Origin: an uncultured virus (IMG/VR IMGVR_UViG_3300025018_001528)
Lineage: Duplodnaviria > Heunggongvirae > Uroviricota > Caudoviricetes
Virus record (IMG/VR): IMGVR_UViG_3300025018_001528
Strand: one strand, 5' to 3'
DNA: 64,000 bases
Shown here: in pieces, positions 31,458 through 43,298 of the stretch
How positions within the stretch are numbered: position 1 is the first letter of the stretch
Layout: each line of letters starts with the position of its first letter
Notes under the pieces: model-generated
What the model was told of the DNA's origin: nothing
The model's database searches: none
The model's input: only the letters and a program-made list of their open reading frames with translations
Program-made: the position numbers and the translations under genes

Positions 31458-32153
31458 TCATCCTCTCCTCTGGTTTGAATATATGTACTCCTTTACCATA
31501 AAAAACAGAAAATATCCAATAAATGTCGTGGTCTATAACCCAGGCAGCAAAGGACTTTGTTTTGGTAACATCAGTACATTGACTAATGATACTATTTGAA
31601 TGTTCTATGATCTTTAGTAAATCCTGCTTAGTTAGTTGCCTCAGTGATGGTCTCAGTAATCCATGCCCCACCATCTGCATCAATATTCACCTCACCTAAT
31701 TTGTGTTCGTCTTTCAGATGGATTAACAAAGCATCAACATCAGGAAATAGGGTTAACTTTTCACACTTATTACACGTCCAAACGGGGGAATGTAATTTAC
31801 GGAAACCAACCATTTCCAATTGTGTCATTTGTGTCATAATTTATCTGGTACCTTTCTTGAAATGGAATTTGTTGTTATTTGTTAGAAACTTTTCCGTCTG
31901 CGTCGCAGATAACTCGGATATATTTATTTTTTACTAATTCGCCATACTCTACTTCGGTAAGAATGTCCCCAGGCAATGGTGTCTGCATATTAACACATCT
32001 TGTCACACGGAAATTATTACCAGAATTAGTCTTAAACCGTTCTACGTACACTGTGCGGAATATTGTGATCTCGCCTTCTCTAGTCATTTTGGTACCCCTT
32101 GGTATGATATGATTCTAATGCCACCCAATAAAATAATCTTATATCATATCAAA

Positions 32154-32645
32154 TTACTTTATAAACTCAAGTTTTTTAATCAAATATTTACCATCTTCCA
32201 TTTTTTCAAGCTCAATATTACTATCCCATCGTGGGCAACGGCCATTTGTGTAAGACCAAGTATACCTACGACCACACCTAGGATACGGACATACAATATG
32301 TTGCTTCTTATCCTCCTCAACTACTAACCCCTGAACAGCAACCACTCTTTTTTTGCGATATTGTTTAGCTCTAGCTCTCTTCTCTAATTCTCTTTTCTTT
32401 AAATATTCCTGCAAAGGTACATCTAAGTCCATAGCAATCCGCTGAAGCCTAGCCATACGGGTATCACCAAAAATATCCTTATAATACATAACCTTTTTAT
32501 TTAGGGACCTAACATGTTTCATGGCACCACAAAATTCAAATAATACCTCAAAGCCAAGTGCATCTAAAATATGTACAGAATTTCTTGGAGAAATTATTAT
32601 AATATCATCTTTTTTATATACATATGGTGAACCGTTCCAAGTCAT
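32154..32645 (-). CDS. hypothetical protein with C-terminal Cys motifs
   Basis: CPYPRC...CPRW; operon-packed. Confidence 0.5.
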   Translation of the reverse strand: MTWNGSPYVYKKDDIIIISPRNSVHILDALGFEVLFEFCGAMKHVRSLNKKVMYYKDIFGDTRMARLQRIAMDLDVPLQEYLKKRELEKRARAKQYRKKRVVAVQGLVVEEDKKQHIVCPYPRCGRRYTWSYTNGRCPRWDSNIELEKMEDGKYLIKKLEFIK

Positions 32646-33127
32646 AAACTACAGCCAAGTTTTTGCGCGATATCAACTATCAATTTCCCCTCCAAATGAT
32701 CATATTCATGTTGAAATATTCTAGCAACAAATCCTCTAAGTTCAACTTCGTGTAATCTAACACCATCCATCCTGGTGTATGCTACCTTAATACTCTCACT
32801 CCTTGGTATTAAAATATTAATCCGTGGTATTGATAAACACCCTTCACTTTCTATTCTTATATCGGTGTTACGGTCCAGTATTATCGGATTAATAACGGTC
32901 ATATGCTCTTCATAGTATTGGATAATAAAAATACGCTTATTTACACCTACTTGTGAAGCCGCCAACCCAACCCCAATTTTACTTTTCCTTAAAGTATGGT
33001 GCATATCACGTATGAGGACCTTAAAAGCAGGAGATATATTAATTTCAGTACAAGGAGATTTAAGGATTTCAAGATCTTGCTTATTAAATGCAGACAATAT
33101 ACGCATTTTGTGTGTGTATGTATTCAT
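32642..33127 (-). CDS. def: peptide deformylase
   Basis: GVGLAASQVG, EGCLS, QHEYDHLEG. Confidence 0.95.
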   Translation of the reverse strand: MNTYTHKMRILSAFNKQDLEILKSPCTEINISPAFKVLIRDMHHTLRKSKIGVGLAASQVGVNKRIFIIQYYEEHMTVINPIILDRNTDIRIESEGCLSIPRINILIPRSESIKVAYTRMDGVRLHEVELRGFVARIFQHEYDHLEGKLIVDIAQKLGCSL

Positions 33128-33543
33128 GCTTATCCCCAATTGATTTATTTTGTAATTTTGTATTGACCAGCCTTCAACCGATTGTGTTCTACTTCCAATG
33201 ACGCCCACTTGGAAGCCTCTTTCTTGGAAGCAAACCCATTGTGAAGTTCCGAACCATCCTTAGCCTTCACCACCCACCCCCCACCAATAGAAACAGTCTG
33301 CGGAACTATAGGAGTAAGTGTCACCGGTACAGATGCCTCTGTGGTAGTACCACTAACTTTTGCACTTTCGTCCATTTCACCCTCCTTGAGTTGTCTTGCG
33401 GCTTTTGATTCAGCCGGTTCGTGTAGGAAACAATACGGCAACATCCCTTTAAAAATTATATCTGCTGGGGCCTTACATCTAATGCACCTGTACTTGTGTG
33501 GATCAAGAACTTCATTTATCTCTACCAACTTACATCCCTCCCT

Positions 33544-34223
33544 TCAAACTATAATTTTATTACTTTTACTCATATTGTCCCTAGCCCAAAGTGGTTGAAG
33601 ATTATGATAATTAAAGCAAAGCCTCTGTTGGTCGGGGACCAATAAATTAAAAGAAGAACAAGGTATAATATGATCTATGTGCCATTTGCCCTGGTTGTCC
33701 CACGACATACCAGGTTGAAATTGACTCTCCAAATACTGTTTAAAAAATTCAATAGAACAGCCAAGAAGGTCCGTAGTATGGCCAGATTTTTGATTATTTT
33801 GTAAGGCATGGTAGATTCCAATTCTTAGATTGGTAAGTAATTTAAATCCGGGATCATTATTACGCTTGTCTTTGTGATATTGTTTTTGGTATTTCAATAT
33901 TTCGGCCCTTTTAACTAAATACCGTTGCTTACTATACTCTGTTGCTTTACTTTTATTGGATAGGTACCGTTGTTTTTCTTTTCTAATATCTCACTCCTTC
34001 TAGCTAAATGCCGTTGTTTGTGTTGTTTTGATATCTTATCTTTGTTAATTATGTGCCGTTGTTTTGATTGTTTTAATACTATATCCCTCCTAGACAAATA
34101 TCGCCGGTTATCAGATTTTGATCTACAATCTTTGCATTCAGAACGTAATCCGTCTTTGCTATTTTTCCTTTTATAAAACCTATCTTCGGGCTTATTGGCC
34201 CCACATTTAATACAAATCTTCAT
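33544..34223 (-). pseudogene. HNH endonuclease split by a 1-nt frameshift (about 33975)
   Basis: N-terminal CIKCG...DGLRSECKDC and repeated KQRY/HL units continue in the other frame into LLGCS...WHIDHIIPC...NLQPLWA.DN.SK. Confidence 0.8.
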
Positions 34224-34876
34224 TTTTCTCTCCTGACTTTTTTAGCCTCCTTTCTCCCAACAAGATAACCAACTATCAATTTCTCGTTATCATTGGCTGC
34301 TTCTCCTGGCTTATATCCCCATTTAAATACTTGATTATCAACACAAAATGCAAGCCAATTACCCTTATTATGTGGATCAGTTCCAATAGCGTAATGCTTA
34401 TCGCAACACGCTATATTTTTATATTCCCATTCCAATTTTGCTCCAGTTGGTGCATCGTCAATAATAATTGTTGGCAAATACTGATTAAAATTCCCAAGTC
34501 TAAATATGCGTTTACACGCTGCACAAGCCAATAATCCCCTATCCTCTGTTGAAACAGATATTACCTCATTCATAGACAAAATAATTTTATTCTGCTGTCT
34601 AACCTTAGAACGAAAATACTTGTCTTTTCTAAGGGCAATATATTTAGTATCTGTATTGTCATTTATGCGCATACATCGGTAAATAGAATCATTACCCAAA
34701 TAATCTGCTGCCCTATAGATAATAAAATCACCAGGTTCAAGACGATCCATACTACCATATTTAAACCCAGTAACAAATTTAAACCCCAATGCATTCATCA
34801 TCTCGTGTTGTGGGTCTGATTTTGATACTATGATACTCCCACCATCCTTACCTAACCACACTTTCAGCATATACAC
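34220..34876 (-). CDS. hypothetical protein
   Basis: 218 aa; N-terminal half resembles neighbour 34888..35223 (LGFK...RINDNTD / RINNGTD). Confidence 0.55.
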   Translation of the reverse strand: MYMLKVWLGKDGGSIIVSKSDPQHEMMNALGFKFVTGFKYGSMDRLEPGDFIIYRAADYLGNDSIYRCMRINDNTDTKYIALRKDKYFRSKVRQQNKIILSMNEVISVSTEDRGLLACAACKRIFRLGNFNQYLPTIIIDDAPTGAKLEWEYKNIACCDKHYAIGTDPHNKGNWLAFCVDNQVFKWGYKPGEAANDNEKLIVGYLVGRKEAKKVRREK

Positions 34877-34887
34877 CCTCCATTTTC

Positions 34888-35223
34888 TTATTCATGGATA
34901 TAGTATTCCCACCACCTATTCCCAACCTTTACTTTGGTATCCATAATCGCCTTATAAATTTCTCTTATTTTAATATCTGTACCATTATTAATTCTGACCA
35001 ACCTTACCATTCTACTTTTTGCTGTATCCGACATATTAAAATATTGTGGTACACTATATAGGCATCCAGCCGTACATGACCACCCATAAGTATATGCAGT
35101 ATATTGATGTTTAAACCCTAAATCCTCTAAAAGTGCCAAGGTATTTTGACGCTTAGTTGATGTATACACAAATACATTTGGCTCACCAGCTAACATATAA
35201 ACCGCATAGTTATTCTGCCCCAT
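34888..35223 (-). CDS. hypothetical protein
   Basis: Operon-packed; partial paralog of the downstream gene. Confidence 0.55.
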   Translation of the reverse strand: MGQNNYAVYMLAGEPNVFVYTSTKRQNTLALLEDLGFKHQYTAYTYGWSCTAGCLYSVPQYFNMSDTAKSRMVRLVRINNGTDIKIREIYKAIMDTKVKVGNRWWEYYIHE

Positions 35224-35225
35224 GT

Positions 35226-36467
35226 TTATCCCTTAATGGGGATAAGTTCCCCCCATGGTACTGCCTTCGATCCACCCACGACTACCCACAATACTGGATA
35301 ATCTGGCTTCTTGGTTGGAAAGGTCCCATAGGTATCAGTAAGATATACCAATACCTTTGGCTTAATCCGTTCCTTTGCTACACGCTTAAATATTGGTCTA
35401 AAATCAGTACCACCGCCTCCTTTAAACCTAAGTCTACTTGGGATCTGCCACACGTTCAATGAATTGGCCTCAATAAATTCATGGACATCAGCATCACATG
35501 TCATAATATATGTACGTTTAGATAGATGTGACATACTCATCAATTCGGCAAGAAATCTACGTAAAGTTTCATCCCCAATTGATCCACTAGTATCAATTGC
35601 CGCAACAATATCCCCAACCTGTGTTCCATAAGATGATGGCATAAAAAACCCAAGAGCATGGGATTTTTTAGATGGGTATAATCTTGTGCGTTGATATCCA
35701 CGACACTTAGACTCCATGAGATTCTTAAGCTTCACCCACCAATCTACTTGTGGTTCAAGAATATCCTTAATTAATCGATCAAGACCAGCAGGGAGTTTAC
35801 CTTGTCCAGATGCTTGTGCTGTCTGCGCAGCCTTAACGATGGCATGTTTTACTTTTGTATTTTCGTGATCTTCCCGTGGTCTTTGCACATGTGTATCAAA
35901 CCCCGATGGATCACCATGAACAGGGCAATCTTCATTCTCACCATTACTACCATTTCCATCCCTATCACCACCACTACCACCACTATTACAATTACATTTC
36001 ACTTTCTTTGCTTTTTCTAATAAAATCCTATATATTTCCTCAGCAACTACTTCATCAAGTTTTATATCCTTCATAGACTGGATTTTTGCTAATGCAGCCG
36101 CGTTCCACAATGAAATCTCTGTATCTCTTTGATTAAACGCTATACTATTTCTCTCAAGGAGATGGTTATCTACAATATCAGCTGCGATATTGAATAATCT
36201 CTTATCTTTATTTACACCACGTTGCATATGGTCCATAATAACGTGTACAATTTCGTGACACAATGCAAATTTAATGTTCTCAATAGATCCCAATAACTTT
36301 ACCCCGTCTGTATTCCAATACAGATTATATCCATCAGTTCCCATAATAGGTACACTTTCCGTTTCTACAACCGGTAGAGACAAAAGGATAGTTGCCCAGA
36401 ATGGATGATCTCTGAGCAACTGTATTTTAGCTGCACTCATCATCTCGCTAGAATCAGTCACTGCCAT
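35226..36467 (-). CDS. DUF2201-type metallopeptidase + VWA domain protein
   Basis: MGTDG, HEIVH; IDTSGSI MIDAS; GGGGTDFRP; YLTDTYG. Confidence 0.9.
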   Translation of the reverse strand: MAVTDSSEMMSAAKIQLLRDHPFWATILLSLPVVETESVPIMGTDGYNLYWNTDGVKLLGSIENIKFALCHEIVHVIMDHMQRGVNKDKRLFNIAADIVDNHLLERNSIAFNQRDTEISLWNAAALAKIQSMKDIKLDEVVAEEIYRILLEKAKKVKCNCNSGGSGGDRDGNGSNGENEDCPVHGDPSGFDTHVQRPREDHENTKVKHAIVKAAQTAQASGQGKLPAGLDRLIKDILEPQVDWWVKLKNLMESKCRGYQRTRLYPSKKSHALGFFMPSSYGTQVGDIVAAIDTSGSIGDETLRRFLAELMSMSHLSKRTYIMTCDADVHEFIEANSLNVWQIPSRLRFKGGGGTDFRPIFKRVAKERIKPKVLVYLTDTYGTFPTKKPDYPVLWVVVGGSKAVPWGELIPIKG

Positions 36468-36482
36468 ATATCCTCCCAGTTA

Positions 36483-38684
36483 TTATTTCTGTTGAAGCAA
36501 ACTCATAATTTTCTTGATGATGGGCTTAAATTTCTCTTCTTGAATCTCTACCACCTTATCCAAGAATGTGGATTTAATATCAACAATAAACTTCATTTGA
36601 AATTCAGGAGGTATGGCTTCAAGGAACATAACTAGATTCTTGGCAATCTTATGAGACATGGTCTGCTTATTGGCATAATGCAAAACTGCATATACTGTGG
36701 CATATTGGCTTGATAGTTCCATACTCTTAAAACTATCGGGTATTTTACCATCTTCCACAATGGCCTTCACATCTACCTTGGCAAATGTCTCAAAGTATGC
36801 TACAAAACTGACAGCAGCACCCTCACCAACACATGCATACGCAAGATCATTGACCGTCAGAAGAGAACGTTTATCAACGTTCATCCATTTATCACCCAAC
36901 GCACCAGTGAGCACATCTGATAACATAATCCACGTACGAGGTGTTGGAGATGCGTATTGGTCTGGCATTAACTTTAAGAGCAGGTCCGGTTGGTAATCCA
37001 AAAATGATATAATCTGAGTAGCACACCCAATTTCCTTTGCATATATCTTCCAATCCTGTAGGTTCTCTTGAACTATAAAGTTTACTAATCGTGTTTTGAA
37101 CGGTACTGATGGTTCGTTAATATAGGCAAAATCTTCTCTCCTATTACCGGCCAAAATAATACGGCACTGGGGTGGGGCTTCCCAATTATCTAGGCTCCTA
37201 TCCAATACAATACGTAGAGCCGCATTCTGTACTGATGGTTCTGCACATGAAAATTCATCAAACATTAATATTGTAGGTTCATTAATGCTAGGTAAAAAAT
37301 CTGCACGGGCCCACTTGGTCACCCCCCCAGACACCTGCGGAATGCCACGTATCTCAGATGGTTCAAATTGAGCCAGCCGGATATCTACAAATTTCATTTT
37401 TTGCTCTTTAGCAATTTGAGCTATAATCGACGAATTATGTACAACCAACCCACTAGCAATAAAATTATGTGCAACTGGAATCTCTAAATCATATGTCATA
37501 CGTTCTCCAAGGCTTTCAATATGTACCACCTTGTCAAATAATATCCCAAATCTATATACCCCATTACCAGTACGATGAGAGATTTTGGCTGAAGCCTTTG
37601 TTGCTTTTAATACTTCAGCAAATTTTGTAGCTTTCACTCCATAAAACCCAATCTCGTTGAATGCACAAATAGATTGAGTATCCATGATCTGAAGTTCATA
37701 ATATGGGGCATATTGTTTCACTTCTTTGCATCTCATATATGATGTAATACCAAATCTGTCCAACAGATGTTGGATCTGATATATCATTTTCTTTGACTTA
37801 GAACTGTATGATATCTTGCCTGTTACCATTGGACCAGTGTATTTATGGATAGCCTTATATATCTCTACACATCCATCTGTTGAAAATAAACGGTTTAAAA
37901 ATAATGCAACCTTCTTCTTGGTCTGTCTAAATACAAATGCTGGAATTTCCTTCTCCCCAGCCCTAGAAAATTTAACATCATATTCTTCCAATAACCTCAC
38001 CACATCACTGCCCAAACCAGACCATGTGAATGTCTTATTTTTTAGTCTTAACATACCAACAGGAATCCCCATAGTTTTAGTGGGGCGTTCATCGTGCCGT
38101 ACTGCCATACCAAGATTATTGGCGATTACAGTAAATTCGGCCAATTGTTCAACATCAGTTGATGTGAATGATATAGTAGCTGGAAGTTTATTCATATACC
38201 CATTCCCCAACAAATACCCTATTAATTTCAATATATCATCTGATGCTTCTTCGCTACCAAATACAGGTATATTGTTGGCTGTAGCAATAACATCCATACC
38301 TATATCTAAATTAGTAAGCTCTTTCCACATCAAATCAGTAAACTTACCTTTTGCACCTTGTGTTAACACGAGGAATGGGTGATTTGCCGTAGCGAGTATT
38401 TCCCTACCAGTTTGAGTACGCAAACGATAAACTTCCTGCATTCCCTGTTTAAACTTATTAGTCGGGGTCACGCGTACCATATCTCCATTTACAAATGCTA
38501 TCACTTGATGAGTAATGTCAAAATCCTTAATCGATATCAATTCTCCAGTGGTGGCATCGAGAATTAATGAATCTTGTTCTATACATTTTCCAACTCCTGG
38601 CGGACCCCACAAACCTATAGAAACATGTGGTGAATTTATGATTACTGTTTTAATTAACTCTTTTACCTTACCAATCGTTGGCAT
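36483..38684 (-). CDS. MoxR-like AAA+ ATPase, intein-containing
   Basis: GPPGVGK|intein|SSII; MFDEF; LAGNR; SPTPRTW; adjacent to VWA partner. Confidence 0.9.
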   Translation of the reverse strand: MPTIGKVKELIKTVIINSPHVSIGLWGPPGVGKCIEQDSLILDATTGELISIKDFDITHQVIAFVNGDMVRVTPTNKFKQGMQEVYRLRTQTGREILATANHPFLVLTQGAKGKFTDLMWKELTNLDIGMDVIATANNIPVFGSEEASDDILKLIGYLLGNGYMNKLPATISFTSTDVEQLAEFTVIANNLGMAVRHDERPTKTMGIPVGMLRLKNKTFTWSGLGSDVVRLLEEYDVKFSRAGEKEIPAFVFRQTKKKVALFLNRLFSTDGCVEIYKAIHKYTGPMVTGKISYSSKSKKMIYQIQHLLDRFGITSYMRCKEVKQYAPYYELQIMDTQSICAFNEIGFYGVKATKFAEVLKATKASAKISHRTGNGVYRFGILFDKVVHIESLGERMTYDLEIPVAHNFIASGLVVHNSSIIAQIAKEQKMKFVDIRLAQFEPSEIRGIPQVSGGVTKWARADFLPSINEPTILMFDEFSCAEPSVQNAALRIVLDRSLDNWEAPPQCRIILAGNRREDFAYINEPSVPFKTRLVNFIVQENLQDWKIYAKEIGCATQIISFLDYQPDLLLKLMPDQYASPTPRTWIMLSDVLTGALGDKWMNVDKRSLLTVNDLAYACVGEGAAVSFVAYFETFAKVDVKAIVEDGKIPDSFKSMELSSQYATVYAVLHYANKQTMSHKIAKNLVMFLEAIPPEFQMKFIVDIKSTFLDKVVEIQEEKFKPIIKKIMSLLQQK
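37434..38585 (-). mobile_element. intein (384 aa) with LAGLIDADG endonuclease
   Basis: CIEQDS start; ATANHPF; IGYLLGNG; LFSTDG; TYDLEI..AHNF...VVHN|S. Confidence 0.93.
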
Positions 38685-39260
38685 AGACTATCCTCCTAGG
38701 ATGTGGGTATCAAAAGTATTGGCTGGACGAGCTATCATAATACATAACGCATACATCATACTCTAATGCTATAAATTCTAACAAAATCGGGTAATTAAGT
38801 GCATTAATACCACTTGGGTAAAATACTATAAGGGTTTCTTTTGGGATTAACCCATTTCCATGAAATTTGATAACAGCTGACACACCTATAATTGGGCCAT
38901 CACGTATATTTTCTACCTCCTCCTTTTGTATCATTGGTACACCTGGTGTTTTATGTCTGCGTAATGGTGTTAATGATATAATATTTTTATATTCCTTTGC
39001 ACTATGTCCACATGATTCACATTTTTCGGTTTCACATATAATTTTACAATAAAAACAGAAAAATTTCAATCATATCACCTCCCCTTCATACCCTTCATGG
39101 AAATCTGGAAATCTCGACCATATATCTTTATTAACTATAGCACCAATAATTGATTGCAAACTCCATGTGCGGTGCCATATAAAATCTGAAGTATCTGGTG
39201 GTAATAAATCACATACCTGATGTAATAAATCATGAACCTCTGCAAGTGCTTTACATTTTA

Positions 39261-40481
39261 TCATGACACACAGAATATATCACCAAATCCAGCCGATAAG
39301 AGATTAATTAATACTCCACGTTTAATCCCCAATTTCTTTGGGTCTAATGTCAACCCAAACTCTCTATATTTCTGTATCAATTTAATCATGATCTTCTCAT
39401 CAAAATGTTTCCGATTACGTTTAAATTGAATCGTATGCAAAAAAGACATTATACTATCAGGATTATGGTATACACAATAGGCAAACATTGCCTGACCAAG
39501 TATAATGTCTGATGTACTCCAATTATGTTTTGTGTGTTGTGGTGGTACATTACCAAAATTAATTATAAATTGACCACGGCGATTTAAATAACAAAGCAAT
39601 AACCAAACATTGGCATTATTAAACCCACGCTGATCAGACCTCAATAAAGTCTTTAATTCTTCGTGTGTACATTGCCATTTTAATCCATCAAACATGAATT
39701 CTGGATCAAAAAATACTGATTCGATCTTTTTGATCGTGTCTATTAATCGTTGGATTGACTTGTCAGCATTAAGACAAATCTTAACAAAGACACTCCAATT
39801 AATATCATCTGGGATGGTATTATATGCACTATAATCACGTTTAAATAAATTAAACGCTGTAAATACGTCTATTATGCACTTATTAAACCCTGGTGGTAAT
39901 AATCTATAGATTCTTAAATCAATACCATTATCCCTTGTACTCATAATATTAAATGATGGCATATACTTAACCCAGTGAGACTCCAAAACTTCATCCCCAG
40001 AATTTGTACATACCGTTATTGACTGCCTATATGCTCCATCACCAAGAAATTCTTCCCATACTGAAGATAAATATATAAGCCTTTTAACTACACGTTTAAC
40101 CAAACTATATTCCTCGGTACAAAACCACAAATATGCGATACTATTAAATGATAATGCAATTAATAACGGGTCCACTTGTAATAAATATTTCTTAAAAAAC
40201 GTCTCATTAGTACTAATATGGAGATTTACTGGCTCTCTATATATTATACGCTCACCATATAATTTAAAAAACGTACTATATGCATATGCCATAGAAGCCT
40301 TGTATAATATATCATCCTTTGGTGGGCAATCAGAGGTTAATAAAAATTTGTAGTGTTCAAACAATGTCAATAATTGTGGGTGTGGTGCGGTTTTATCGTT
40401 AGTACCTATTAGTCGCATTAATCTAATATTGTCATTCCTCAAATCATGGCCCGTTAATAGGGCAATATCAACATTAGTCAT
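39261..40481 (-). CDS. hypothetical protein
   Basis: 406-aa ORF, no motif recognised. Confidence 0.7.
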   Translation of the reverse strand: MTNVDIALLTGHDLRNDNIRLMRLIGTNDKTAPHPQLLTLFEHYKFLLTSDCPPKDDILYKASMAYAYSTFFKLYGERIIYREPVNLHISTNETFFKKYLLQVDPLLIALSFNSIAYLWFCTEEYSLVKRVVKRLIYLSSVWEEFLGDGAYRQSITVCTNSGDEVLESHWVKYMPSFNIMSTRDNGIDLRIYRLLPPGFNKCIIDVFTAFNLFKRDYSAYNTIPDDINWSVFVKICLNADKSIQRLIDTIKKIESVFFDPEFMFDGLKWQCTHEELKTLLRSDQRGFNNANVWLLLCYLNRRGQFIINFGNVPPQHTKHNWSTSDIILGQAMFAYCVYHNPDSIMSFLHTIQFKRNRKHFDEKIMIKLIQKYREFGLTLDPKKLGIKRGVLINLLSAGFGDIFCVS

Positions 40482-41568
40482 TGATCTGCCTCCGTAATAT
40501 TTTGATACTTAACATTGATGAATCCTTAATCAAGAATGGCCCAGCTAATTCTTTATACTCTTTTATATAGTGACTTTCTACTAATTTTTGTATCTTTGCA
40601 AATCTCTTTTTAGTTAATCTTAGGTTCGCTTCTAATGATATTCCAATACCAAGTTGTACCAGTTCTTCAAAAGTTCTCCTTTCATTTTTAATAATATCAT
40701 CAAAAATTTCATCTAACTGCTTTTCATTGATTTCCCTGTCGTACCATTTGGATAACGGTGTTGAGAATACCCCCTTTGGTGGTGTATACACCCCACCAAT
40801 TGTATGCGCAAAATAATACAAGGCTTGTTTCATAGACCTATCAGCATTATTCCTTATATTAATAAACGCATCTAAATATCTACTATCTTCTGGATGATGC
40901 ATAATATAACGCAAATAGGCTTTCTTGATTGAAGGATAAAATGCAAAATCCAGTGGTATTTTAACAGGTAATCCTACGTCTGCGTGGACATCTATAAAAA
41001 TGTCTGCCACACCATACGCCCTATGATACTCACTATGTTCCACATTTGGGGCTAAGTTTAATAATTCAAACACCCTCCTTAACATTGGCCCAATGTGTTC
41101 AGTAATACTCAGTGTTTTAATCCCAAATATCGGTTCACCATAATCAGCAATATGGAGTAATCCAGCATCATCAATATGTTGTAATCTATACATTAATCCT
41201 TCGTGAGTAAATACTTTCTCTCCCAATAAAAATCCCAAACATAACACTAACCCAATAGCCTCTCTATTACGCATTAATTTAAAACTTGCAGACATTAAAT
41301 CCTCAACATATAAAGGATTTTCATAAATCCTCATTTCATTATTTGCCAGTGCATCCATAATTATAAAAAATGGACTAGAGAGTGTATACCTATATACAAT
41401 CTGTGAATGAAATGGCCCTATATAGATATTTTCAGTATCCCTAATATGTTCTATGGTGGTATATAGGGCATTTATATCTGTCAATAAAATTTTTAAATCT
41501 TTGTGGATGTTATATCTGGATAAACTTTGTGCCACTTGTAATAAAAAATTATCAAGTTCCTTTTTCAT
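40474..41568 (-). CDS. hypothetical protein
   Basis: 364-aa ORF. Confidence 0.7.
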   Translation of the reverse strand: MKKELDNFLLQVAQSLSRYNIHKDLKILLTDINALYTTIEHIRDTENIYIGPFHSQIVYRYTLSSPFFIIMDALANNEMRIYENPLYVEDLMSASFKLMRNREAIGLVLCLGFLLGEKVFTHEGLMYRLQHIDDAGLLHIADYGEPIFGIKTLSITEHIGPMLRRVFELLNLAPNVEHSEYHRAYGVADIFIDVHADVGLPVKIPLDFAFYPSIKKAYLRYIMHHPEDSRYLDAFINIRNNADRSMKQALYYFAHTIGGVYTPPKGVFSTPLSKWYDREINEKQLDEIFDDIIKNERRTFEELVQLGIGISLEANLRLTKKRFAKIQKLVESHYIKEYKELAGPFLIKDSSMLSIKILRRQIND

Positions 41569-41918
41569 CGGGGCCCTCGCACTGAAATTGCTTCAGTACT
41601 TTTTGTGTAGCATCCCATTGTTCATTCGTTAATCCTAGTTTTAGAAATTCGTCTAATGTTGGTTTTTCGGCCCGAACAAGTAAGAATCTGCCGTCACATA
41701 TATGTTGTTTGTTAATATATTTGTCGCCACAAATATGTTTACTTTCTTTATCTATATAGTGTACGTGTGTGTATGGGACCATAAAGGCCTCATCAGTCTT
41801 TTTCTTATAATGCGCGAAAAGTACTGCCGTAGCCGCAATCATATTTGCAGCTAACATTACCCATGGTGCTATCTCTGGTAATGTGCGTTTAATCTCTGCA
41901 ACTGGATCTGGTGATTTT

Positions 41919-43298
41919 TTATTTGTCGCCATTATTAATGACCTCCACCATTTTTTGTAGTCCAGTGATTGACTGAGATTGTTTTGCATGCTTGATAGCG
42001 TATATATTAATCATATTTACTGTAAGTGGGCCAATCTTCATACCCATATCGTACAATTCTGGCATGTCTTTTATTGCCCAAGCAATATTTGACATCCTAA
42101 TTGTAAATGATGCCCCTAATATATCATCTGTATTAGCATCTAAACGTTTTGCTACTTCCGCTATATACCCAATCGGTGTATGTGTATAATTACCAGCATG
42201 CATACGCCAAATACCCACAAGTGATTTATATATTAAATGTTTATTTGTGGGGGTTAATGAATCACCAATTGATAATCCTCCACAATACCACGCCTGTGGT
42301 GCAATCCATATTCCTTTTGCAATATCTGTATAGTCTCTAACTGATGGATTCATGCCGAGCACACTCTTCCCGTATATACCCAACTTACTTTGGGTATGCA
42401 TTTCTGGTATACCAATTAACGACAGGTCAGTATTATGGGCTCGATTTGTTGCCGTCTTTTCCATAAGCACAGCCAAAGTTTTTTTATCGGCATATTCTGG
42501 AATCCTTCTACCAATCCCTAATTCAAATCGTTTAGCTATTGACATATCACCGCAGAAATAAGTCAATAAATCAAGTGGTTGTTGTAATAAACATGTTCTG
42601 AATATATTGGATTCTAATATTGAATCTGGTACATCTGTTGTTATCCCTACATATGAACACATAACACACATATTAACGAGTGTTTTGACACACTCATGAT
42701 ACAATTTTAACTTTGATGGTATGTCGTCAGTATTGGATACCATAACCATTAAATTACCAACATCTAGTCTAGGGATCGACCTTATTACACCAATACAATA
42801 TTCCGCTATATAGACTAAATGATCCATGCAATGTGGTTGCCCTAATTGATACAAGATCCGTGACATTTCGAAACCTGCCTCATCTACTGTCCTTTGAGCA
42901 ATAAATCTATCTGCTCTATAATATGAAGTATGACCGTCACCACACTCAGACATAATAAACTTGGCATACTGAACGCAACGTTTAAAAATATTCTGTGGTA
43001 TGTCCCACCCATACTTTAATAATAATATACACAATATATGATCAATATACTTGTGTTCACCAATAGTCAATATTTCAATCCACCTATTTACTAATGGAGT
43101 TCTTTCACATTGGTGTTTAGATCGAATTAGTGTAATGGCTTCCGCAATGTATGGAAAGAATGGTGCATAATGACGGTCTCTATATAAATCCATTAATCGC
43201 TCTATTTGTTCCATACCAAGTAACGGGATATTAATTTCTTCATCCCCGTTGGCTATATGCCCAGGTAAAAAAATACACGCATCAATGTTTGACGCCAT
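41919..43298 (-). CDS. hypothetical protein
   Basis: 459-aa ORF. Confidence 0.7.
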   Translation of the reverse strand: MASNIDACIFLPGHIANGDEEINIPLLGMEQIERLMDLYRDRHYAPFFPYIAEAITLIRSKHQCERTPLVNRWIEILTIGEHKYIDHILCILLLKYGWDIPQNIFKRCVQYAKFIMSECGDGHTSYYRADRFIAQRTVDEAGFEMSRILYQLGQPHCMDHLVYIAEYCIGVIRSIPRLDVGNLMVMVSNTDDIPSKLKLYHECVKTLVNMCVMCSYVGITTDVPDSILESNIFRTCLLQQPLDLLTYFCGDMSIAKRFELGIGRRIPEYADKKTLAVLMEKTATNRAHNTDLSLIGIPEMHTQSKLGIYGKSVLGMNPSVRDYTDIAKGIWIAPQAWYCGGLSIGDSLTPTNKHLIYKSLVGIWRMHAGNYTHTPIGYIAEVAKRLDANTDDILGASFTIRMSNIAWAIKDMPELYDMGMKIGPLTVNMINIYAIKHAKQSQSITGLQKMVEVINNGDK

